From the human T2T-CHM13v2.0 reference genome, Homo sapiens, in NCBI RefSeq assembly GCF_009914755.1, contig NC_060935.1: DNA of 64,000 nucleotides. One strand, 5' to 3'. This document shows positions 58,448 through 64,000 of the stretch, piece by piece. The stretch's first letter is position 1, and each line of letters begins with the position of its first letter. The notes beneath the pieces were generated by a model. That model saw only the letters and a list, made by a program, of their open reading frames with translations, had not been told where the DNA came from and searched no databases. A program made the position numbers and the translations under genes.

Positions 58448-59262
58448 GTCAGATAAGTAATTCTCAATGCCAGGAAAATTTATCATCCCTGCTGGTCTCC
58501 AGTTCATTGTATTAATCAATGGCAATCATTGCATTAGAAACTTGGTCACCCTGTCTTCAAAATATGGTGCTGTTGCCTTTTAACTGGGTTAGTTTACAGT
58601 GTATATAAACTTAATGATCAATCAGTGCCTCTACTGTATTTGAGCCATGACTTACTGTAGCAAAGTTAAAATCTAAAATGTAATGGAATAGCTCAAATAT
58701 ACCTCTGATCAGCTGTGTGGCCTATGGTTTCTTTTGGTTACCAAAATCTGGGATGTGAAACTTGCATCCCTTATACAGTGTTTTGTGTTCCCATTCTTTC
58801 TCATTAGAAGAGTCGCCTAAGGGCAGATTATCTTGCTATTAGTTTTGCTTTGGCCCAGAGTCTTTCATCTGCAAAACAGGTGTGTTGGTCACAAGGTAGT
58901 ATCTGAATAAAAATTTTCAGGGGGAGAAATATATCTTACATACCAACAAGTTTAAAAAATCCAAAGGCATTTATAAGGATGGTCATTTCAGCACATTTTT
59001 TAAGTAAATAAAATACTGTAACTGCTTATCAACTGGTCAGGTTGGTTAAATTACAGTAGTATACTCGGACACTACTATAAAGATAATGAGAAAAGCTGAG
59101 CTTCATGAGCGCCCCCAGAACGTTATTCACCTAAAGGTTATCACCAGATGATGGCATCTGGCGTGGGGTTTTTTGTTTGTTTGTTTTAGCATTTCTTGAT
59201 TTATAACGAACATGTACCATTTTAACAAAAGCAATAATCTTTCCTTTAAAAAAGAAAATACT

Positions 59263-59623
<361 letters not shown>

Positions 59624-59805
59624 TCACAGGATTTTGGTGCACATTAATCATATGGTAGTATTCAAATATTACCTGATTTATGCTAAGTGAAAAATAACAA
59701 GGTATAAAACAGGGCAAACAGGGCAAGGGTCTGTGATGGGCAAGATGTTTTTTATTGACTACTATTGTGCCCAGGTTCTAGAAAACAGTCTGGAGCAAAG
59801 CTTAC

Positions 59806-59850
59806 CTGTTTATCATGTGTTGCAATCTCAGAGCAGAGAGTGGGGAAAGA
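59806..59850 (-). other. Candidate 45-nt cassette exon
   Basis: tttcctttccctcctattctttcctaccAG|TCTTTC...AAACAG|gtaagc. Confidence 0.3.
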
Positions 59851-59983
59851 CTGGTAGGAAAGAATAGGAGGGAAAGGAAACCAAGGCTATATGCATCAAC
59901 AAACCCGCTACGGCTTAGCATGAAAACACAGACAACTGCTCATTTAGAAGGTTACAGGATGGGTTGTATGGAACTACTAATAT

Positions 59984-60032
59984 TGTATGTGTGTGTGCGT
60001 GTGTGTGTGTATGTGTGTGTGTGTGTGTGTGT
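59984..60032. repeat. Imperfect (GT)n microsatellite
   Basis: Direct reading. Confidence 0.93.
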
Positions 60033-61139
60033 AAGGGGTAAATGGAGGAGAAAGGCAGGCAGACACGAAGCAATTTGTCTGCTGGCTCCTTCCCTTCTCC
60101 AGCTTCCAACTGCTCTGGTCAGTGATGTCAACTGCCCTCACTCCCTACTTCCAGGCTGTGTTTACCCAGCCACTCTGGACAGTCACTGGGGAAGAACACA
60201 CCCCACGTTTGAACTTGAAAGTGGTAGGAGAGGCCAGGGTCTGGCCAAATGGGGCTTAGGCACATGAGTTGCTGTAGTTCTCTCCACAATGGACTTAACA
60301 GAGACCAAACCAGAGCCCCACCCTCACAGAGGGAAGATGAGACAGCCAGCACTGTTAGAAAACGTGGCAAAAGCAGCAACATCTGAAGACTCACCACTGA
60401 GCAAGCAGACTGCCTGAGGTGCAGACAGAACCAAGGGCATCTCGATAGACACACTGAGTCTCACACAACGCATACCCTTGTATACAGAATAGAACTTTAA
60501 CTATCATGTATTTAAAAAACATACATTAGGAAAAACCTATACTTAGTCTATACTCAGTAGTCTAATGAAAAGGGCAGGGACTTGCAGCCAGACAGTTCTG
60601 AGATTGAAAATCCTATCCATCTGCTCCTTGTTGTGAAACGCCAAGTAGGTTGCTGATCTGTATAATCAGGATATTACATGGTTATAGTGAAGATTAAATG
60701 AGCTAAGGTGGCTAAAAGAGATGTTAGGCTCTGGCAGACATAGTGCTGCCTCTTACATAAGAGGGGCTGATTCTTTTCCTTCCCTCATTCAATCCCTCTT
60801 CCGTGTTCCTCCAGGACAACCTCACGTTATACTGCTAACATCACTCTGCCCAACATTGTTTATATTTATGATCACTCACTACACTGGCAGCTCCATGAGG
60901 ATGGGATTATTTCTTTGGTGTCCACCTTTGCTGTCTAGTACAGTTCATGCTTATAGCTGGGGCTAAGCACACATTTGCTGAATGAACCAAGAACGTCAAA
61001 CACCAATTCTCAGGGGAGACAGCTTTTCATAAGACCATTAGTAAAGTCACTTGAAGGACCCATGAGACTTCTAAACATAGTCTGACAGCTGTACCGGCCA
61101 GAAAGGTAGAAAAAAAATAAATAAAAGGTTTTGAAGCTA

Positions 61140-61300
61140 GACACATTTACATTCCAATCCCAGTTCCATCTCTTATTACAAGGGTAATATTTGGGCAAGT
61201 GACATAGACCCTCTAAAACCTTCATTCCCATAAACATAAAATCAAAATCATACTATATTTTGTAGGGCTAGTTTAAGAAATGAGATTAAATAATATAAAC
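61140..61300 (+). mobile_element. MIR
   Basis: aatcccagttcc...ttgggcaagtgac core. Confidence 0.55.
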
Positions 61301-62524
61301 TATTACTCGTATGGTGTTAATCCATGTCACAAGGCACTCTTATCCTGACCAAGGTAGGGGGAGCAGAAGAGAGATTACTGCTATGAGTAAAAGGTATCTG
61401 CTTTTTTTCCTTTTCTTTTAATTCTATGCATTTTTACTGAATGTCTGCTGTGTGCCAGGCTTTGTACAAAATACCATCCTCTATAAGTTTACAAAGTGCT
61501 TTCACCTTAGCCTCTCTCTGAGCTCTCACCCTCCTGACTCTGCTTTAAGCCTGCCAAGGATACCCACTAGAAATGCTGAGAGATGAAGAGTTTCCATGAC
61601 CTCTGGAACAGATGTGAATCGTAGCTCCAACGACAAAGGCAGTAAATAGGAAAGACATCCAAGTCTTGTTGATGACATAGTAAAGAGTAAGTGTGCCAAA
61701 TACATTTGACCAGCCCCTAGAGGTTCCACATCTAAGGTTGGTATTATTCCCTAGGCCCACTCTACTTCTCTAAAAAAACTTATCTTTCAGGAAAAACCCT
61801 TTAAAAGAATTTAAGAATTCCTGATTTATCAGCTACTTGCAGAAAAACTGCTGAGCAAGGAAAGGGACAAAAAGCCAGTTAAAATAGAGAGGCATGGTAT
61901 GTATAACCTGAATAAACCCCAGCAATCTAAGTGGCTGTCCTGGGTAGAAAGTCCAACAATCAAAAGTGAAAAAACAGTAATTCCAGTCTTTACATGCTTT
62001 CCTCAATGGATACGAGAAGAAATCAAAATCGTAACACACTTTTTATCTCTTAATCAATTCTCTCATATAATATAGTTGCTCAAGGGTCTCTCATTCACCA
62101 ACCTACCCCACTCCCAACCTTCAAAACCAGTTTCAAATTTGCATTCTCCCCTTTCCCCTTTATCTTAAAAATTCTTTATTAAGAAGATTCAGCGTGTCTT
62201 CCCTATTTTTACATTTTCGCTCCATTCAGCCTATTAGAAAGAAGTAGAGTCCTGGAAGAAGACCCAGTAAGAAAGAATCCTTCCACCCTAGAAAGACTTA
62301 CCACTGGGCAAGCAGACTACCTGAGGGACAGATATTACCAAGGGAATCTTGGTAGATACACTGAGTCGGTGAGAAACTAAAGGGAAGACTGTGAATACTA
62401 ATATGAATAACTTGTATTTCTCTTTTGACAAATAATTGTACATGTTTATGGAGCAAACAACTCTTCTCTGTTCTATACATTATATATAGAGTCATATCTA
62501 AAGCTACTAGGTGATTATAATGAC

Positions 62525-62823
62525 TTTTTTTTTTTTTTTTTTGAGATGGAGTTTCACTTTTGTTGCCCAGGCTGGAGTGCAATGGCGGAATCTCAGCTCA
62601 CTGCAACCTCCGCCTCAGGGTTAAAGCGATTCTCCTGCCTCAGCCTCTGGAGTAGCTGGGATTACAGGCATGCATCACCACACCCGGCTAATTTTGTATT
62701 TTAGTAGAGATGGGAGTTTCTCCTTGCTGGTCAGGCTGGTCTTGGACTACTGACCTCAGGTGATCTGCCCACCTTGGCCTCCCAAAGTGCTGGGATTACA
62801 GGCGTGAGCCACCACGCCTGGCC
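62525..62823 (-). mobile_element. AluSp-like
   Basis: gagtttc, gtgcaatggc, tttctcc...ggtcaggctgg; TSD tataatgacttttt. Confidence 0.93.
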
Positions 62824-64000
62824 ATATAATGACTTTTTAAATCAAATAAGGGACAAGCCACAAAACAAAAAAGGTCAAAGTTTCTAAACGTAGAGATAAA
62901 AATAACACATTGAATGGGCCCGGGACAAGGAAAACTTCCGCAAATGTAAACAAATACTTAAGTAATACATGTAAATTGCTTAGAATAGAACCTGGCATGA
63001 TACTGGATTAATGTAGTCATTGTTATTATTGACCCAACTTTCTTGGTTCCCAGCTCCTTTGTTGTTAGATGATCACACAAACCCCTCAAACAGAAATCAC
63101 CTCTTTGTGTAGCTGTTCAGTTTGGGGACAGAATCTGACTTAATAGCTCCTCTAAAACAAGGTTCTTTTTATCCTTCTTTGCTGCTCCAGGCTAGCACAG
63201 TACCCGACACACAGTTGGAATCAACAAATGCTTGTTAAAGGAATTAGTTCTGCTAAGTGAAGATGGTTTACCCTGGAAACCTGAGACTTTACATTGAAAA
63301 GCATTCTAATCCCAGGTTGCCTTCTATGGGACCCATTTTTGGCAAGGATTTGACAAATCAGAGGGTCTGACCAAACCAATATTATATTATAACACATGAT
63401 AAGCAGGCCAACTTTAGACACACATTCTAACAGCTTGACTGAAAAAGTCCAAGTTGATCCCAGTTTAGTTTTGTAATCCGAAAACACACTTCCTCAGTAT
63501 TTTCCATACAGTTGACTACTGTGTGTGTCTCTCAAATCTCATGACCTGCCATCAACCCTCGAAGAAAAACAAAATTATTAAGACCAAGGTCTACAATACA
63601 AATAATCCGGTATTTGTCACAGGTTTCACTTTTGTCGAGCCATTTCTGAACTCATTATAAAACTATGTCTATGTAGGACCTTATTGTCCATGTCAACAAA
63701 CCCCTACAACAAAGGAAAGACTTGGGGGTTACCCGGGGGGGAACCTGAAGTCCCGGGGTCTAGTCCTAGTGCCAATTCTGCTACTGACTAGATAAGTTAG
63801 TGAAGTTGTTACACCTTACTCATCATCCATTTCTTAATGTATAAAATAATGATTCAAATATTTGCAGAATGTCTATTATATGCTGGTCATTACGCTGAAT
63901 GCTAAAAATACAAAGATGAATACTATCCCTATCTTTAAGGGTTTGATATTTTATTGGAGTTGGACAGAAATTATATACATTAAATTAAAATACAATTTAG

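Noticed and set aside
59144-59161. Inverted double E-box ccagatg-atgg-catctgg
   Set aside because: Arms of 7 bp are within chance expectation and there is no supporting context.

Overview
Human-type nuclear DNA: it carries a near-consensus AluYa5, a human-specific subfamily. The window is AT-rich, has no CpG island, and is dominated by interspersed repeats (about 28 Alu copies or fragments, several L1s, ERVL/MaLR solo LTRs, hAT and Tigger fossils, many MIR/L2 relics). It reads as the intronic interior of a large gene that is probably on the minus strand: most L1/LTR copies are on +, and the best splice-site pairs are on -. I cannot name the gene. Nearly all listed ORFs are Alu/L1-derived or chance; the 289-aa ORF is the C-terminus of a 5'-truncated L1PA ORF2. 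I see no evidence of a new multi-gene system. The most unusual items are: a 43-bp perfect inverted repeat abutting a second hairpin (55998-56130); a candidate micro-exon with two in-frame donors (29408/29447-29460) that could join an 'NEL-stop' exon at the left edge; an unidentified polyadenylated retrocopy (40539-40803); a tailless TSD-flanked Alu 5' fragment (53497-53604); and several locally templated insertion or duplication scars. Repeat subfamily names and old-repeat boundaries come from recalled consensus sequences and are approximate.
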